Shown: positions 39,267 to 49,841, numbered from the stretch's first letter. The stretch: 64,000 nucleotides of DNA from an uncultured Clostridia bacterium (GCA_947629005.1 CANRCD010000007.1:17661-81660), one strand, 5' to 3'. Translations and numbers: made by a program. The notes: generated from the sequence alone by a model not told the origin.

Positions 39267-40726
39267 TAAATCCCCTCCTCGATTATCCTGTAAATCAAAT
39301 CCATGCCGAGGCTTTGGCGAACGGCCTCGGCCAGCTTATTATATTGTAACTCCTTATAGGCCGCCTTGTCAAGAGGAGGGGAATTGTATTCAAGTCCTTT
39401 TTTCGCGAACAGCGCCTTAACAATGGGAACGGCCGCCGCGTCAAAAACGCCGTGGAGGTAACAGCCGCAGACATTCCCCCGCACAGAACCCTCGCCGTTC
39501 GCGAAGAGCGGGGCTTCCTCCGACGCGGTCTCGCCCGTATGAATCTCATAGCCCTCGGCCTCAAGACCGTTAAGGCAGGAAAAAAAGCCTCTTACGCCGG
39601 CAATGGCCGCCCTCTTTTGCGCAAGCGTCTTTTCGCTTTTAAACACCGTTTCCATATTCAACAGGCCCAGCCCCTCGATCTCGCCGCCTCCCTCCGAGTT
39701 CAATGGGTCGGATATTTTTTTGCCCAAAAGCTGATACCCGCCGCACACTCCGAAAATGGGCGCGCCGGTCGAGGCAAGACTTTTTATCGCGGGCTCAAGT
39801 CCGCTTTCCCGCAGCCAACGCATATCGGCGATAGAGCTCTTTGTGCCGGGCAAGATGAGCAAGTCCGGCCTGCCCAGCTCATTTTCGCGGCTTACATATC
39901 GCACCGGTATTCCGCAGCGGGCAAAGGCGTCAAAGTCGGTAAAGTTGGATATTTTCGGCAGCCTGACAACGGCTATATCCGCCGCCGAGGCATTTTTGTT
40001 CTCCAACCGTTCTGAAAGGCTGTCCTCCTCGTCAAGGTCAACGTCTATCCACGGGACAACTCCCGCAACGGGCTTGCCGCTCCTCTCCTCAAGGATTTTC
40101 ACACCTTCATCAAACAAGCGCAGGTCTCCGCGGAACTTGTTCACGACAAGCCCCTTTACCATGGCGTTTTCCTCGGGCTCAAGCAGCATAAGCGTTCCCA
40201 GCAGTTGGGCGAACACCCCGCCCCGATCAATATCGCCCGCCAGCAACACGGGCGAGGCGGTCAGCCGCGCAAGGCCCATATTAACTATGTCGTCCTTTTT
40301 GAGATTGAGCTCCACGGGGCTGCCCGCGCCCTCAATAACGATTATATCAAAGCGGCGGGAAAGCTCTCTGTACGCCTCCATCACCTCGGGCACAAGAGAT
40401 TTTTTATATCTGAAATAGTCCGCGGCTTTCATTTCGCCCCGAACACGGCCGTTTACAATGACCTGTGAGCCTCGGTCTGTGGTGGGCTTAAGGAGAATAG
40501 GATTCATAAGAAAGCTTGGTTCGACTCCGGCGGCTTCGGCCTGCATGGCCTGCGCCCTGCCCATTTCGCGGCCCTCGCGGGTGACATAGGAGTTGAGAGC
40601 CATATTTTGCGACTTAAACGGCGCGGCGCTGTATCCGTCCTGCCTGAAGATACGGCAGAGTGCCGCCGTCAGCAGGCTTTTGCCCGCATTGGACATCGTA
40701 CCCTGTATCATTATTGATTTGGCCAT
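39266..40726 (-). CDS. cbiP: Cobyric acid synthase (CobQ/CbiP)
   Basis: IQGTMSNAGKS, PFKSQNMALNS, GVCGGYQ. Confidence 0.95.
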   Translation of the reverse strand: MAKSIMIQGTMSNAGKSLLTAALCRIFRQDGYSAAPFKSQNMALNSYVTREGREMGRAQAMQAEAAGVEPSFLMNPILLKPTTDRGSQVIVNGRVRGEMKAADYFRYKKSLVPEVMEAYRELSRRFDIIVIEGAGSPVELNLKKDDIVNMGLARLTASPVLLAGDIDRGGVFAQLLGTLMLLEPEENAMVKGLVVNKFRGDLRLFDEGVKILEERSGKPVAGVVPWIDVDLDEEDSLSERLENKNASAADIAVVRLPKISNFTDFDAFARCGIPVRYVSRENELGRPDLLILPGTKSSIADMRWLRESGLEPAIKSLASTGAPIFGVCGGYQLLGKKISDPLNSEGGGEIEGLGLLNMETVFKSEKTLAQKRAAIAGVRGFFSCLNGLEAEGYEIHTGETASEEAPLFANGEGSVRGNVCGCYLHGVFDAAAVPIVKALFAKKGLEYNSPPLDKAAYKELQYNKLAEAVRQSLGMDLIYRIIEEGI

Positions 40727-41740
40727 CTATTTTTCCTCCGAAAGGATTTCTTTTATTGCGCCGACGAGCGTTTCGTTTTCCGCCCTCAGCCGAACGGCGG
40801 CGCGGTAAAACTGCGGCCCGAGGCCGTAGTAGTCGGAGCAGCAGCGTATGGATATCCTTCGGCGGAGCAGCGCGGCTCTTAACCCCTCGGGGCCTTTGAA
40901 AAGCAGATAATTCGCCTCGGACGGGAACGTCTTTAACCCAAGTCCGGCCAAAGAAGCGGAAAGGAATTCCCTCTCCCGCCTTACAAACCGCCGCGTTCTC
41001 GGGATAAAGGTCTTTTCCTTTAACGCCGCCAATCCGGCGAGCTGCGCCGGAGCAGACACGCTCCAGCAGGGGCCGTAAGCGGCGATTTTTTCCGCCAGAG
41101 AGGCGTCCTCGCAGATCAGATAGCCCAGCCGAAGTCCGGCCATGGCGTAAATTTTGGTAAATGCCTTGAGCGCAAACGGCGGCCGCGGAATGTCCGCCCG
41201 CGCCCGCGCAAAATCCGCAAAGCATTGGTCGAGTATGAGGGCCGCCCCTTTCTCTCTGCATTTTGCGATTACTTTTCCCAGAAGCGCTCCGTCTATAAGT
41301 CCGCCGTCGGGGTTGTTCGGGCTGGCAAGTATCACCGCGCCGCGAGCGGGTATGCGCTCCGTAATGCCTTCGTCAAGCCGGAAATCGTTTTCCGCCGAAA
41401 GATAAAACCGCTCCACCTTAGAACCCGCCTCGAGCATGGCTTTTTCGTATTCGGAAAAAGCCGGCGCCGTAACAAGGGCCTTTTGGGGTGAAAGGACGTG
41501 GGCCAGTCTGTATATCAGGTCGGAGGCCCCGTTCCCGCAGACAATGTTTTCGGGAGCCACACCCTCCCTTTCGGCCAAGGCGCGGCGCAGAGCGCGGCAC
41601 TTCGGGTCGGGATATCTTTCGAAGCTCCGCGCGCCCGCCCTGAGAGCGGACCGAACGCTCGCAGGCATACCGAGAGGGTTTATATTTGCGGAAAAATCCA
41701 GCTCAACATCCACGGAATAAACGTCCCCGCCGTGAGTCAC
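40727..41740 (-). CDS. cobD: Threonine-phosphate decarboxylase
   Basis: HGGD..DFSANINPLG, YPDP, AFTKIYAMAGLRLGY. Confidence 0.9.
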   Translation of the reverse strand: MTHGGDVYSVDVELDFSANINPLGMPASVRSALRAGARSFERYPDPKCRALRRALAEREGVAPENIVCGNGASDLIYRLAHVLSPQKALVTAPAFSEYEKAMLEAGSKVERFYLSAENDFRLDEGITERIPARGAVILASPNNPDGGLIDGALLGKVIAKCREKGAALILDQCFADFARARADIPRPPFALKAFTKIYAMAGLRLGYLICEDASLAEKIAAYGPCWSVSAPAQLAGLAALKEKTFIPRTRRFVRREREFLSASLAGLGLKTFPSEANYLLFKGPEGLRAALLRRRISIRCCSDYYGLGPQFYRAAVRLRAENETLVGAIKEILSEEK

Positions 41741-42690
41741 AGTATCACCTCCGCCAAAAGTCTTAACAATAACGCAAAAATCAAGGTCAAAAACGAGGTC
41801 AGGTACATCAGCCTGTTCGCCCGTCGGATATCCTCCGGCTCTGTGGGGCGCAGAGGGTCGCCGATGACAGGCTTTTTGTGAACCACGCCGAAATAGCTTG
41901 CGTCTCCGGCCAACTCCACGCCAAGCGCGCCCGCCATTACCGACTCGGTCTGGGCGGAGTTGGGGCTGGGGTGCCCGAGCCTGTCCCGCCGCCATATTTT
42001 GTAAGCGTTTTTGCCGTCAAGGCCGGACAGCCTTGCCGCGAAAATCATTATCAGCGCCGTCAGCCGAGAGGGGATAAAGTTCAGCGCGTCGTCCAGCCGA
42101 GCGGCAAAGCGGCCGAGGTCTATGTATTTTTCATTTTTATATCCCACCATGGAGTCCATTGTGTTGGCCGCTTTGTAGAAAAAACCGAGCGGCGCTCCTC
42201 CAAGGGCGATAAAAAGCATGGGCGCGGTCACGCCGTCGGAGGTGTTTTCGGCCACGGTCTCAATGGCGGCGCGGGTTATTCCTGCTGCGTCCAGCCCCTC
42301 GACGTCCCGCCCGACTATCATCGAAACGGCTCCTCGGGCGGCTTCGGTATCGCCGCGCTCAAGGGCGCGGCAGACCTTCATGCTTTCCCGCTCGAGGCAG
42401 CGGGCGGCCAGCAGATAATAGCACATCACGCTCTCTGCGGCCAAACCGAGGATGGTATTCATGCGGTAAAGCAAAATTAAAATTCCCGTCGGCACGGCGG
42501 CGCTCACGAGCAAAACCGTCAGCGCCATAAGCGTTCCCGCCAGTCTTTCCCTGCCGGAAAGCAGACGGCGCAGCGTTTTTTCCAGCCATGATATCATTGA
42601 GCCGATGAGCCGCACCGGATGAGGCAGGGAGTGCGGGTCGCCGAGAAAAAAGTCGATAACAAAGCCTATCGGCAGCGCAAGTATCCTCAT
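41737..42690 (-). CDS. cbiB: Adenosylcobinamide-phosphate synthase
   Basis: GDP..LPHPV, ETVAENTSDG, NTMDSMVGY, HPSPNS. Confidence 0.95.
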   Translation of the reverse strand: MRILALPIGFVIDFFLGDPHSLPHPVRLIGSMISWLEKTLRRLLSGRERLAGTLMALTVLLVSAAVPTGILILLYRMNTILGLAAESVMCYYLLAARCLERESMKVCRALERGDTEAARGAVSMIVGRDVEGLDAAGITRAAIETVAENTSDGVTAPMLFIALGGAPLGFFYKAANTMDSMVGYKNEKYIDLGRFAARLDDALNFIPSRLTALIMIFAARLSGLDGKNAYKIWRRDRLGHPSPNSAQTESVMAGALGVELAGDASYFGVVHKKPVIGDPLRPTEPEDIRRANRLMYLTSFLTLIFALLLRLLAEVIL

Positions 42691-43244
42691 CCCAGCCTCC
42701 CGATAACGCTCATGACCCCGCCGTCAAAATCCACAATAAAGCCGCCGCCGTTTTCCGTGCGGTAATCGTAAAATTCCCTTTGCGGCAGAGCGTAGCGTTC
42801 AAGGAGGGCCATTATCGTTCCGCCGTGAACCACAAAGGCGGTTTTATCGGCGAGGCTTGGGACAAGCTCCTCAAAGGCGGAGGCAGTGCGGGCGCAAAAG
42901 CCCGCCATATCTTCCCCGCCCGGGAAGGCCATTTTGCCGCCGCTGTCTATCCACTGCTGATAAACGGGCGCGCCGTTGAGGTCGTCGTAGTTTTTGCCCT
43001 CGAACGCGCCGAAATCACATTCCCTGAGCCCGCGGCACAGGAGGGGCGTTTTGTCGGGATAGATGATGCTTGCCGTTTCAAGGCAGCGGCGCAGAGGACT
43101 TGCGACAACCGCCCGAGCCGCGGGATAGCGGCGCGTTTCCAGCTCTAAGCGGCCCGCCCCGCAAAGCGGCTCGTCCGTCACGCCGATATAGCGTTTTTCA
43201 AGGTTGCCGGCGGTTTTGCCGTGGCGGATAAAATAAAGTTCCAT
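42687..43244 (-). CDS. cobC: Alpha-ribazole phosphatase-like histidine phosphatase
   Basis: IRHGKT..SPLRRC..VVHGG; cob operon context. Confidence 0.8.
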   Translation of the reverse strand: MELYFIRHGKTAGNLEKRYIGVTDEPLCGAGRLELETRRYPAARAVVASPLRRCLETASIIYPDKTPLLCRGLRECDFGAFEGKNYDDLNGAPVYQQWIDSGGKMAFPGGEDMAGFCARTASAFEELVPSLADKTAFVVHGGTIMALLERYALPQREFYDYRTENGGGFIVDFDGGVMSVIGRLG

Positions 43245-43248
43245 AATA

Positions 43249-43572
43249 TCATCCCTTAATTTTTATCGGTATACCGCAGACAACGCGTTCCACGGTCTCG
43301 GCCCTTTCCGCCAGCAGACAGCCCACGCGGCCCACGGCCTCCCGCCAAAGTCGGTCGGGCTTTTCCAGCGGGATTATGCCGCAGCCTATTTCGTCCATGA
43401 CTATGACGGCGTCGGGATTTTCCGCGAGAAAATTTTCGGTCTCGGCCAAAGGGTCGAGGCCGGCTTCGAGCCACCGACGTACTTTCAGCTCGTAGCCGTC
43501 CGTGTGGCAGCCGTATTTTTCGCCCGCATAGAGGGCCTTGCCCTGATGGGCTCCGCCGATGATTAACCTCAT
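43249..43572 (-). CDS. Short CobU-like protein (107 aa)
   Basis: LIIGGAHQGK..DEIGCGIIP..RVVCGIP. Confidence 0.75.
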   Translation of the reverse strand: MRLIIGGAHQGKALYAGEKYGCHTDGYELKVRRWLEAGLDPLAETENFLAENPDAVIVMDEIGCGIIPLEKPDRLWREAVGRVGCLLAERAETVERVVCGIPIKIKG

Positions 43573-44342
43573 AAAACCGCGCTCCTTATCATTGCGGCAA
43601 AGACTGCGGCCCCCACGGCCGCAAGCTCGCATATTTGCAGGAAATATCCCGCCAAATCGCCCGTCACGCCGCCGAATTTTTTGTACGACATCCCGCGGTA
43701 ATAAACGAAGCCGAGGACCTCCGCGGCAAATGCGCAGCAGCCGCAGAGCGGGTCGATAAAAAACGCGGGGGCCAGCGTAAGCGCCAAAGCCGCGAGCTCG
43801 CTTGCGATAACCGCCCGCTTATCCGCCGGACGGCGGAAGCTTTGGAGGGCGCCGTCGGCCTTTGCGCTCTTGAAAACAGCCGCTCCGAGGCCGCTCAGCG
43901 CCCGCGACTGCACAAAGGCGAGGGCGCAGACCGCCATCGGCCGCCATGCTTTTATCTGTGCGAACAGCCCCGCCTGAACAAGCAAATACAGCGCGGCCTT
44001 TACGGCGGCGAAGGAGCCTATGTGCGGGTCGTCCATAATCTCCAGCATTTTTTCCCTTGCGCCCCAGCTCGCAAGCGCGTCGCAAACGTCGCAGAAGCCG
44101 TCTATATGTATGCCGCCGGTTATGACGACGGGCAGAGCCGCCGCACCGGCCCCAAACAGAAACGAGCTAAATCCGAGGGCGCGGTACAGCCAGAACCACA
44201 GCAGCTCGGCCCCGCCCACCGCCGCGCCCACCAGCGGGAAAAAGCACAGAGAATAGCGGCGGTTTTCATCCTTCCATTCCACCTGCGGCACAGGTATGCG
44301 GGAGTACATCAGAAAGGCCGAAAGCATTGATTTTATAAGCAT
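43569..44342 (-). CDS. cobS: Adenosylcobinamide-GDP ribazoletransferase
   Basis: TGGIHIDGFCD..DAL, IMDDPHIG, FGGVTGDLAG. Confidence 0.93.
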   Translation of the reverse strand: MLIKSMLSAFLMYSRIPVPQVEWKDENRRYSLCFFPLVGAAVGGAELLWFWLYRALGFSSFLFGAGAAALPVVITGGIHIDGFCDVCDALASWGAREKMLEIMDDPHIGSFAAVKAALYLLVQAGLFAQIKAWRPMAVCALAFVQSRALSGLGAAVFKSAKADGALQSFRRPADKRAVIASELAALALTLAPAFFIDPLCGCCAFAAEVLGFVYYRGMSYKKFGGVTGDLAGYFLQICELAAVGAAVFAAMIRSAVL

Positions 44343-44857
44343 TTGGGCCGCTCTCCTTTCAATATAAGAGGTATGCCGCAAACCGCCTCTATCACAGTGT
44401 CCGCCGCCTCGGCCAAGCGGCGGTTTATTTCGCCGATGAGCCTTATGTACTCCTCGGTTTCGGGCGGATAGGCAAAACCGTCGCAGCCCACCTCGTTTGT
44501 CACAACGATGAGATTGGCGGCCCGTTTGCTCAGTCCGACAACGCCGGCTGTGATATTTTCCGCCGGACGGGGAGCCTTGGCCGTGAACATCTCGTTGGCA
44601 AGGAGGTTGCCCACGTCCTCCAACAGGGCGCAGCAGCCCGCAGGCAAAGCGGCGCGGCCGATATCGGCGTATTTTTCGACGGTGACAAAGCCCTTGCCCT
44701 CCCGCTGTCGGCGGTGACGCTCTATCAGGGCCTCCGCTTCGGCGCCGAAGGGCCGCATTGTGGCGATATAATAAAGGGGCGGACCGCAAGAAACGGCCAG
44801 AGCCTCGGCCATGCGGGACTTGCCGCACTTGCTTCCGCCGGTAATAAGGGTCAGCAT
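44333..44857 (-). CDS. cobU: Adenosylcobinamide kinase/guanylyltransferase
   Basis: ITGGSKCGKS, YYIAT, VTNEVG. Confidence 0.9.
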   Translation of the reverse strand: MLTLITGGSKCGKSRMAEALAVSCGPPLYYIATMRPFGAEAEALIERHRRQREGKGFVTVEKYADIGRAALPAGCCALLEDVGNLLANEMFTAKAPRPAENITAGVVGLSKRAANLIVVTNEVGCDGFAYPPETEEYIRLIGEINRRLAEAADTVIEAVCGIPLILKGERPKCL

Positions 44858-45894
44858 AGATCAACGTACCTTTCCATGGGGAGAGAATCGAAGCGGTGAG
44901 CGCCGTTATATACCGCCAGAGCTCCGTCGAGAAGCGGCAGCAGCATCAGCGCGCCGCTCCCTTCGCCCAAGGCAAGGCCGGCGGATATGACGGGGCTCAG
45001 GCCGAGACTCTCAACGAGGGCCTTTGCCGCCGGTTCCCTTGAGGCGTGGGAGGCCAGCATGAACTCCTTTGACAGCGGCGCGATTCTTACGGCCAGCGCT
45101 GCCGCAGTCAGCGAGATAAGGCCGTCGATAATAACCGGCGTGCGGCGGACGGCCCCGCCTAAGAACAGCCCCGTCATTCCGGCAATGTCAAAGCCGCCCA
45201 GCCCCGCGAGAACTCCTATCGGGTCGCCCGCGTCGGGGCGGTTTGCCTCCAGCGCGCGGCGGACGGCGGATATCTTTCGCCCGAGCCCCTCTCTGCTCAA
45301 GCCGGCTCCCCGTCCCACGGTCTTTTCGGGCGGCAGGCCCAGCAGCGCCGAGGTCACCGCCGCAGCCGAGGTAGTGTTGCCTATGCCCATTTCTCCGGCG
45401 ATTATGACGTCCGCTCCGCCGCCGCACAAATCGCGCGCTATGTCCATGCCGGCGGCGATGGCGATTTCCGCTTCGCCGCGGCTCATGGCGGGGCCGCGGG
45501 CGATATTGCCCGTGCCGGCGGCAACGCGGCGGTCAAGCACGCCGTCCACAGGGGCGTTCATACCCATATCTACGGCCAAGACTTCGGCCCCGTAGGCGGC
45601 GGCAAGGCAGTTTACGCATGAGCGGCCGTCGGCTATTTCCGCCGCCACGAGGGCGGTCACCTCGCTGCCTGTCTGCGTAACGCCTTCAGCCACAACGCCG
45701 TTGTCGGCGCACATCACCACGGCGGCGCGATTTTTCAGCTCAAAGTCCTCGCTGCCCTTTATGCCGGCGATTTTTACCACAGCGTCCTCCAAAAGGCCGA
45801 GACTGTGCAGAGGCTTAGCCACGGAGCTCCAACGCTCACGCGCCCGCTCCATGGCGGCCTCGTCCAAGGGATGTATATTTTCAAGTCCGCGCAT
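44851..45894 (-). CDS. cobT: Nicotinate-nucleotide--DMB phosphoribosyltransferase
   Basis: AKPLHSLGLLE, GEMGIGNTT, LGEGSG. Confidence 0.95.
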   Translation of the reverse strand: MRGLENIHPLDEAAMERARERWSSVAKPLHSLGLLEDAVVKIAGIKGSEDFELKNRAAVVMCADNGVVAEGVTQTGSEVTALVAAEIADGRSCVNCLAAAYGAEVLAVDMGMNAPVDGVLDRRVAAGTGNIARGPAMSRGEAEIAIAAGMDIARDLCGGGADVIIAGEMGIGNTTSAAAVTSALLGLPPEKTVGRGAGLSREGLGRKISAVRRALEANRPDAGDPIGVLAGLGGFDIAGMTGLFLGGAVRRTPVIIDGLISLTAAALAVRIAPLSKEFMLASHASREPAAKALVESLGLSPVISAGLALGEGSGALMLLPLLDGALAVYNGAHRFDSLPMERYVDLC

Positions 45895-47206
45895 TTTCGT
45901 ACTCCTGACATTTGCTTATAAAGCCTGCCGCCGCCTCGGGATGGGAATACAGGTACAGGTGCGGGAAGCCCGCGTACAGCGACGGGCCGGCATAGGCGCA
46001 GCGGTACCGCGCTCCGCCGCGCGCCCGAACGGCCTCGCAGTCGTCCCCGAGAGCGGTGACGTCCCAATAGTGGAACTCGTGCGCCGGCAGGCACAGCTCG
46101 CCGAAAAGGCTGTCCTTCGGGGTGCGCAGGGAAATATATCCGAAGCGGCGCAGACCGCCTGCGCAGTACGCGGCGGCGTCGATAACTCCGACGGCATTGT
46201 GTTTGCCGATGGATTTACAGAGATACATAAAGCCCCCGCACTCGGCGACGGCGGGAAGGCCGCCGCCAATTTTACGGCGGATATCCGCAAGCATGGAGGC
46301 GTTCGCCGCGAGCTCCTCCGCGTAAAGCTCGGGATAGCCGCCGCCGAGGATAAGCCCGCTTACCCCCTCGGGCAAAGAGCCGTCCTTAAGCGGAGAAAAC
46401 TCCGCGAGCTCACAGCCCATTTCCCGCAGCAGATCAAGGTTGTCCTCATAATAGAAGCAGAAGGCCCTGTCTCTTGCCACGGCGATTTTCGGCGGCTTCC
46501 CGCTTATTTGGGGGACGGCGGGCGGAGAAAAGGGCAGGCTCTGCGCCCTGTCGCCAAGCGCCAGAATTTCGTCAATCATAATGTGCTCCTCGGCGAGGGC
46601 AGCGAGCCCGTTAAGCTTTTGCTTTAAATCCGCTATTTCTCCCGCGGTCACAAGCCCCAGATGGCGGCTCTCTATCGAAAGGTCCTTTTTATACGGCAGC
46701 CGCCCGAGGTACGCCGCGCCCATCTCCCCGCAGAGAGCCTTTGCCGTCGGCACAAGACTTTCCGGCAGGCGGTTAAAGATGAAGCCCGCGATATTGTTCG
46801 GCTCGCGAAACGTGAGAAAGCCCCTCATAACCGCTCCGAGGGACAGGCTCATGCCCTTGCAGTCGATGACGACGACGGCGGGCGTGCCCGTATCAAGCGC
46901 CAGCGCGCGGGAGGACGCCGCCTCGCCCACGCCGTCGTAAAAGCCCATAACGCCCTCGATTACCGAAAGCTCGCCGCCGTGCTTGTTCAGGAGATAATTT
47001 ATCAGATTTTTGTCGCAGAACCAGCCGTCCAGATTGCGGGAGGGCACGCCGATGACGCGGCTGTGAAACATGGGATCGACATAATCCGGCCCGCACTTAA
47101 AGGCCGCCGGAGCGAGGCCTCGGTTCACGAGAGCCTGCAAAACGGCGCAGGTAACGGTGGTTTTGCCGCAGCCGCTGCAAACGCCGGCAATCATAACGCG
47201 CTTCAT
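45881..47206 (-). CDS. cbiA: Cobyrinate a,c-diamide synthase
   Basis: SGCGKTT, FKCGPDYVDP, IEGVMG, AECGGFMYL. Confidence 0.95.
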   Translation of the reverse strand: MKRVMIAGVCSGCGKTTVTCAVLQALVNRGLAPAAFKCGPDYVDPMFHSRVIGVPSRNLDGWFCDKNLINYLLNKHGGELSVIEGVMGFYDGVGEAASSRALALDTGTPAVVVIDCKGMSLSLGAVMRGFLTFREPNNIAGFIFNRLPESLVPTAKALCGEMGAAYLGRLPYKKDLSIESRHLGLVTAGEIADLKQKLNGLAALAEEHIMIDEILALGDRAQSLPFSPPAVPQISGKPPKIAVARDRAFCFYYEDNLDLLREMGCELAEFSPLKDGSLPEGVSGLILGGGYPELYAEELAANASMLADIRRKIGGGLPAVAECGGFMYLCKSIGKHNAVGVIDAAAYCAGGLRRFGYISLRTPKDSLFGELCLPAHEFHYWDVTALGDDCEAVRARGGARYRCAYAGPSLYAGFPHLYLYSHPEAAAGFISKCQEYENART

Positions 47207-48390
47207 TTCAAAGTACCTCTCACGATAAACACCGGATTTTCGGCGGAGAGCATGGTGTGCTCTCCGACCCTTTTCGTCCGCGTAACGGCCATTTGCAAAA
47301 TCTCGGCGTTTTCCGAAAACAGTCCCCTCAGCTCCGCCAGCGTTTCCAGCGACACGGCCGTCGCCGCGACAAGCGCGGCGGGGTTTTTGGCCCTGACGGC
47401 GGCGGCAATTTCCTTCAGCCTTCCACCGCTGCCGCCGATGAAAACGCGGTCCGGCGCGGGGAGCGGCGCAAGGGCCTCGGGCGCGGCTGCGGCGACCGCT
47501 TCAATGTTGTCGCAGCCGAATTTTATGCGGTTTTGCTCGATGAGCCGAAGGGCCTCCGCGTCGCGCTCCACGGCATAAACCCTGCCCTCGCCGCAGCGGA
47601 GCGCCATTTCCACGCTCACCGAGCCGCTTCCCGCGCCCACGTCCCAGCAGACGGAGCCGTCCTCAATATTCAGCTTTGAAACGCAGACGCAGCGCACCTC
47701 GGCCTTGGTCATGGGCGTTTTGCCGCGGATAAATTCGCCGTCCGGCACGCAGGAGGGAATACCGCGCTCATAGCCGAGGTTTTCCACAACAGCGGCGCAG
47801 AGGCCGCCGGTTTTGAGCTCCGTCAGCTCGCTTGCCGGAGCCGAAATTATCCGCTCGTTTTCAAGGGCAAAATTTTCGCCGATATGCACGGTCAAGTTTC
47901 CAAGGCCGTACTCAGTCAGCCTTTGGCAGATATCCGACGGAGCGATTTTGCCGCCCAGCAGGAAGAAGGTTTTTTCGTGGGAGCAGACTTGGCGTACAAT
48001 GGCCCCCTCTCTGCCGTGGAGGCTGACAAAATGAAGGTCCTGCCAAGGCATTTTTAACCTTGAGCAAAAATAAATCGGGGCGGAAATTCCTGATATGACC
48101 TTTACCTCACAGCCGCCGAGCAGGGGCAGAAGCCTTTTCGCGCCGCTGTAAAAGCCGCAGTCGCCGGACATGAGGACGGCTATGCGCCCCCGCTCGCTCG
48201 CCGCGATGTGCTCCGCGATTTCGTCCGCGGAAACGGAAGCGAACGAGGGCTTGCCAAAGCCGCCGCACAGCCCAAGAAGCCGCTCCGCTCCAATCAGCTC
48301 GTCAGCCGCGGCTATAGCCGCGCCGGCCTCGGCGGTAAGAGTGGCGGCCCCGTCCATGCCCGCACCGATTATGTAAACCTCTTTATTCAT
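47203..48390 (-). CDS. cbiET: Bifunctional cobalt-precorrin-7 C5 / precorrin-6B C15 methyltransferase (CbiE-CbiT fusion)
   Basis: SGDCGFYSG; PMTKAEVR..WDVGAGSGSVS. Confidence 0.9.
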   Translation of the reverse strand: MNKEVYIIGAGMDGAATLTAEAGAAIAAADELIGAERLLGLCGGFGKPSFASVSADEIAEHIAASERGRIAVLMSGDCGFYSGAKRLLPLLGGCEVKVISGISAPIYFCSRLKMPWQDLHFVSLHGREGAIVRQVCSHEKTFFLLGGKIAPSDICQRLTEYGLGNLTVHIGENFALENERIISAPASELTELKTGGLCAAVVENLGYERGIPSCVPDGEFIRGKTPMTKAEVRCVCVSKLNIEDGSVCWDVGAGSGSVSVEMALRCGEGRVYAVERDAEALRLIEQNRIKFGCDNIEAVAAAAPEALAPLPAPDRVFIGGSGGRLKEIAAAVRAKNPAALVAATAVSLETLAELRGLFSENAEILQMAVTRTKRVGEHTMLSAENPVFIVRGTLK

Positions 48391-49126
48391 GAGCTTCACC
48401 CGTTTCAAGTACGATTTGTTTTACCTCCGCAAGGGACAAGCCGCTTTCCCGCGGCCTTTTCAGTATGAGCGGCGCGGCGCCGAGCTCCTTGGCGGCGGCC
48501 AGCTTTTCGCCGAGGCCTCCGGCTTTGCCGCTGTCCTTGGTCACAAGGAAGCGGGCGTTAAATTTTTTTATATGCTCCACATTCTGTTCCCTTGTGAACG
48601 GGCCTTTTCCTGCGATTATGCGCTCCGGCGCAAAGCCCAGTTCAAGGCAGCGCTCCACGGCGGAGGGCAGCACGCGGACGGCGCAGCGCTCGCCGTAATT
48701 TTCAAGGGCGCAAAAGGCCGCGAGTTCCTTGCTGCCGGTGGTTATCAGCACGCCGCCGTCCGTTTGGGACAGGAAAGAAATCAAATCCCGTATTTCGTCA
48801 AAATACCGCCCGAAGGTACGGCCGCCGTCTTCCCGCAGCACGCGGACAAGGCGCACTCCCGCCTCCCCGCAGGCCGCGCGTATGTTGGCCGTGGCCTCCG
48901 AGGCAAAGGGATGAGTGGCGTCAACGACGAGTTCAAAGCCGTTTTCATCTATCAGCTTAAGCATTTCCGCCCGCGTCAGCCGTCCGATAAACACCCCGAC
49001 GCCGCGAAGCAGCGACGCGCCGTAGGCCGTGGCGACGCTGACGCAGGCCGAAACGCCGTTTTCCGCGCAAAACTCCGCCAGCTCCCGTCCCTCGGTCGTA
49101 CCGCCGAAAATTAATACTCTACGCAT
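48383..49126 (-). CDS. cbiJ: Cobalt-precorrin-6A reductase
   Basis: IFGGTTEG, DATHPFA, VTKDSG. Confidence 0.92.
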   Translation of the reverse strand: MRRVLIFGGTTEGRELAEFCAENGVSACVSVATAYGASLLRGVGVFIGRLTRAEMLKLIDENGFELVVDATHPFASEATANIRAACGEAGVRLVRVLREDGGRTFGRYFDEIRDLISFLSQTDGGVLITTGSKELAAFCALENYGERCAVRVLPSAVERCLELGFAPERIIAGKGPFTREQNVEHIKKFNARFLVTKDSGKAGGLGEKLAAAKELGAAPLILKRPRESGLSLAEVKQIVLETGEAHE

Positions 49127-49841
49127 TTTTGTATCCCCTTGGCGTGACCATTTTTCCGCTGATGATTTTTGTTTCGCGGCTGCCGACAAATACGGTGGTA
49201 AACATATCTGCGGCGGCGTATTTCAGCTCGGCCAGCGTCAAAATGCGCGCTTCCTCTCCGGCGCGGCCCACGTTTTTGGCAAGTCCGCAGACCGTGCTCG
49301 GGGCCCTGAACCTGAGCAGAATATCGCAGGCGCGGGAGAGGTAATCCGCCCTTTTTTTTGAGGACGGATTGTAAAGCGCTATCACAAAATCGCCCTCAGC
49401 CGCACATTTGAGGCGTTTTTCGATTTTGTCCCAAGGGGTGAGCAGGTCCGAAAGACTTATGACGGCAAAGTCGTGCCCCAAAGGCGCGCCCAGCAGCGCG
49501 CCGCCCGAAAGGGCGGCGGTTACTCCGGGGACGATCTCGATATCCGCGCCCTCGGGGGCGAGCTCCAGCGCAAGCCCCGCAAGGCCGTAAACCTCGCTGT
49601 CGCCGCTGGACAGGAGCGAAACGGCCCCGCCCTTTTCCGCCGCACCGAAGGCCAGCCGCACCCGCTCGATTTCACCCCTCATGGGAGTGGAAAGGTACTC
49701 CTTTTCGGGGAATATTTTCCTCATCAAATCCGTGTACGCCGTATAGCCCACGATAACGCCGCTGCGCTCAATGGCGGCCCTCGCGGCAAAAGTCATGCCC
49801 TCCGCGCTTCCGGGGCCGAAGCCCACAATATACAGCTTCAT
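49119..49841 (-). CDS. cbiH: Cobalt-precorrin-3 C17-methyltransferase
   Basis: SSGDSEVYG, HDFAVISLSDLLTPW, TPRGY. Confidence 0.93.
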   Translation of the reverse strand: MKLYIVGFGPGSAEGMTFAARAAIERSGVIVGYTAYTDLMRKIFPEKEYLSTPMRGEIERVRLAFGAAEKGGAVSLLSSGDSEVYGLAGLALELAPEGADIEIVPGVTAALSGGALLGAPLGHDFAVISLSDLLTPWDKIEKRLKCAAEGDFVIALYNPSSKKRADYLSRACDILLRFRAPSTVCGLAKNVGRAGEEARILTLAELKYAAADMFTTVFVGSRETKIISGKMVTPRGYKNA

